38,568 bases of DNA from Sumerlaeia bacterium (GTDB taxonomy: Bacteria; Sumerlaeota; Sumerlaeia; SLMS01; JAHLLQ01), in contig JAVJSW010000023.1 of assembly GCA_040219255.1 (NCBI GenBank), positions 1 to 38,568 of the forward strand, in the 5' to 3' direction. Position 1 is the first letter of the stretch. Each line of letters starts with the position of its first letter. Below are positions 36,810 through 38,568 of the stretch, one piece after another. The notes under the pieces are model-generated. The model saw only the letters and a program-made list of their open reading frames with translations. It was not told the origin of the DNA and did no database searches. The position numbers and the translations under genes are program-made.

Positions 36810-37739
36810 ATGCGGATAACGGAAATCCTTTACATCGACGCCATGGCGGGCGCCTCGGGAGATATGTTCCTGGGGGCCCTGGTGGATTTGGGGGTGGACT
36901 TCGCGGCCCTTCGCGACGGGCTGAAAACGCTGGACGTGCGCGGGTTTGACCTCGTGCGCAGCGACACCAAGCGCCACACCATCGCCGCCACCAAGGTCGA
37001 TGTGGTGGTCGAGGACGTGCCCCATCCGCACCGCCATCTGGGCGATTTGCTGGCGATCATCGACCGCGCCGCCCTGAGCGCGGCGGTCAAGGAGCGCTCC
37101 GGCGCGGTGCTGCGGCGTCTGGCCGAGGCCGAATCGGCCGCCCACCGCATGCCCATCGAGAAGGTTCACCTGCATGAGGTCGGCGGGCTCGACTGTCTGG
37201 TGGACGTGGTGGGGACGGTGCTGGGGCTGGAGCTGCTCGGGATCGAGCGGATCGTCAGCGGCCCGGTCAGCGTCGGCGCGGGTTTCATCCGCTGTGCCCA
37301 CGGCGTCATGCCCGGCCCGGCGCCGGGGACGCTGGCGATTTTGAAGGACTTTCCGATCCGCCGCACGAACATCCCGTTCGAGCTGACGACGCCGACCGGC
37401 GCGGCGATTCTGGCGGCGCTGGCCTCGCCCCACCTCGCCCCCGTGGTGATGACGCCGAGGGCCATCGGCTATGGCGCGGGCAGCCGCGACATTCCCCAGG
37501 TGGCGAACCTGCTGCGGCTGGTGCGGGCGGATTTGGCCGAGATGGGCGCCCCGGCCCACGACCATCACCACGACGACCACGATCACGATCACGGCCACGA
37601 CCACTCGCACGATCACCCCCACGAGCACCACGGCATGGGCCACGCCCATCACCACCATGACCATGACCACGAGCATGACCGTGGCCACGAGCATGGACAT
37701 CATCATCACCACCCCCACGACGAGCCGGTGGGCGCCTGA
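36810..37739 (+). CDS. larC: LarC-family (nickel insertase) N-terminal domain with His-rich C-terminal tail; lacks LarC C-domain
   Basis: YIDAMAGASGDMFLGALVDLG, HPHRHL, AE..AH....VHLHEVGGLD..VD, CAHG.MP.PAPGT, ELTTPTGAA, GYGAG.RD...NLLR; then His-rich tail and stop. Confidence 0.85.
   Translation: MRITEILYIDAMAGASGDMFLGALVDLGVDFAALRDGLKTLDVRGFDLVRSDTKRHTIAATKVDVVVEDVPHPHRHLGDLLAIIDRAALSAAVKERSGAVLRRLAEAESAAHRMPIEKVHLHEVGGLDCLVDVVGTVLGLELLGIERIVSGPVSVGAGFIRCAHGVMPGPAPGTLAILKDFPIRRTNIPFELTTPTGAAILAALASPHLAPVVMTPRAIGYGAGSRDIPQVANLLRLVRADLAEMGAPAHDHHHDDHDHDHGHDHSHDHPHEHHGMGHAHHHHDHDHEHDRGHEHGHHHHHPHDEPVGA
37557..37718 (+). repeat. His/Asp-rich low-complexity coding segment
   Basis: 30 His in 54 codons (HDHHHDDHDHDHG...GHHHHHPH). 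Confidence 0.9.
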
Positions 37740-38305
37740 TGGCCGAGCGCCAGCCGCCCGCCTCGCCTCCGCCCTCGATCACGCGTCTCGGGGGCGAGAT
37801 CGTCCTGCAAAACCCGTGGTTTCGCGTCCATCGCGACGACGTCCGGTTTCCGAGCGGCCGCCAGGGCGTTTACTGGAAAGTCGATTACGCCAAGCGGGGC
37901 GTCGGCGTGGTGCCGATCCGAGACGACGGGCGGGTGCTGCTGGGCCTGCACTACCGGTACGCGCTTGGGAAATGGGGCTGGGAAATCGTGGCCGGCACGG
38001 CGGAACCGGGTGAGGCCCTGATCGAAACGGCGCGGCGCGAACTGGCCGAGGAAACGGCCCACCGGGCGCGGTCGGTCGAGTTCATCCTGGACTACCACCC
38101 GGCGCCGGGGCTGGGGAACGAGCACTTCCACATCTTCTTCGCCCGGGGGCTCGAGCCGCTGGACGTGGCCCTGGACACCGACGAAATCCACGAACTGCGG
38201 GCGTTTTCCTGGGAGGAAATCGAAGGCCTGATCCGCGAAGGGGCGATGCCGGACGGGTTCTCGGTCACGGCGCTGCACGTGGCGCGGGCGCGGGGGGTGG
38301 TTTGA
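37739..38305 (+). CDS. NUDIX hydrolase (ADP-ribose pyrophosphatase-like)
   Basis: Nudix box GTAEPGEALIETARRELAEETA; ATG overlaps the larC stop (TGATG). Confidence 0.92.
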   Translation: MAERQPPASPPPSITRLGGEIVLQNPWFRVHRDDVRFPSGRQGVYWKVDYAKRGVGVVPIRDDGRVLLGLHYRYALGKWGWEIVAGTAEPGEALIETARRELAEETAHRARSVEFILDYHPAPGLGNEHFHIFFARGLEPLDVALDTDEIHELRAFSWEEIEGLIREGAMPDGFSVTALHVARARGVV

Positions 38306-38350
38306 GGGGGTGGGTGGGGGAGCTGCGGGTGATGTGGGCGGGATGATCTG

Positions 38351-38568
38351 CAGGACCTTCTCAAAGTAATCTCCCCGGTTTTCTCCTCAGCTTCAGCAGC
38401 CTCAGCGCCTTCTTCGGCGCCGCCCGAAGCCGCGTTTGTTTCGCCCGCACGCTCGGGCCCTCAATCCACCGGTAGAGCCCCACGCACAGGCTCCGCAGCC
38501 GCGCCGCCGTCTGCGCTCCGGGCCGGTGGCGCTGCCCGTCCTCGGCCATCGTGCGATCTTTGACGTGG
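38351..38568 (-). mobile_element. Right end of probable ISAs1-family insertion sequence
   Basis: Transposase-like stop lies inside ACTTTGAGAAGGTCCTG (plus strand CAGGACCTTCTCAAAGT, 38351-38367), similar to the CAGGG-initiated terminal IRs of ISAs1 elements. Confidence 0.55.
38361..38568 (-). CDS. C-terminus of probable ISAs1-family transposase (truncated by window edge)
   Basis: Frame is open from the window end: HVKDRTMAEDGQRHR...AARLRSLCVGL resembles the ISAs1 motif H..D.TF.ED..R.R...A.LR..A..L. Confidence 0.6.
   Translation of the reverse strand, partial: HVKDRTMAEDGQRHRPGAQTAARLRSLCVGLYRWIEGPSVRAKQTRLRAAPKKALRLLKLRRKPGRLL

Overview
GC-rich bacterial chromosomal window, mostly housekeeping and envelope/signalling genes. 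A pilin-like family signature and a C-terminal dockerin-like tag suggest Candidatus Sumerlaeota/BRC1 or a relative (inference only). Left to right: 3' part of a sigma-54 activator; a sigma-54 promoter driving two Cys3-His type IV pilin-like genes separated by a terminator; an ECF sigma / anti-sigma / YbjQ operon; two tandem paralogous PilZ + Ig-like proteins; ABC ATPase; DUF507-like; DUF4870-like; mazG; Gfo/Idh/MocA oxidoreductase; GAF-GGDEF(degenerate)-EAL; serS-trmJ-like-ispD-phyH-like-ispF; GAF histidine kinase; a mosaic low-GC pilin-like gene; radical SAM + thioredoxin-like pair; glycosyltransferase; FmdB-like; dinB; TPR protein; large secreted CSLREA/beta-helix protein with a PT linker; dnaX-ybaB-recR-waaA; GT2; GT-C-like membrane protein; truncated His-tailed LarC; NUDIX; and the end of a probable ISAs1-family IS. 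Best leads: the PilZ-Ig paralogue pair; an identical TGAAT-N13-CGTCGTA ECF-type promoter upstream of both the ECF sigma and the DUF4870 gene; LarC N-domain-only protein with 30 His in 54 residues coupled to a NUDIX gene; and the mosaic pilin-like gene. No tRNA, rRNA or CRISPR array was recognised. All family calls are by motif recognition, not database search.
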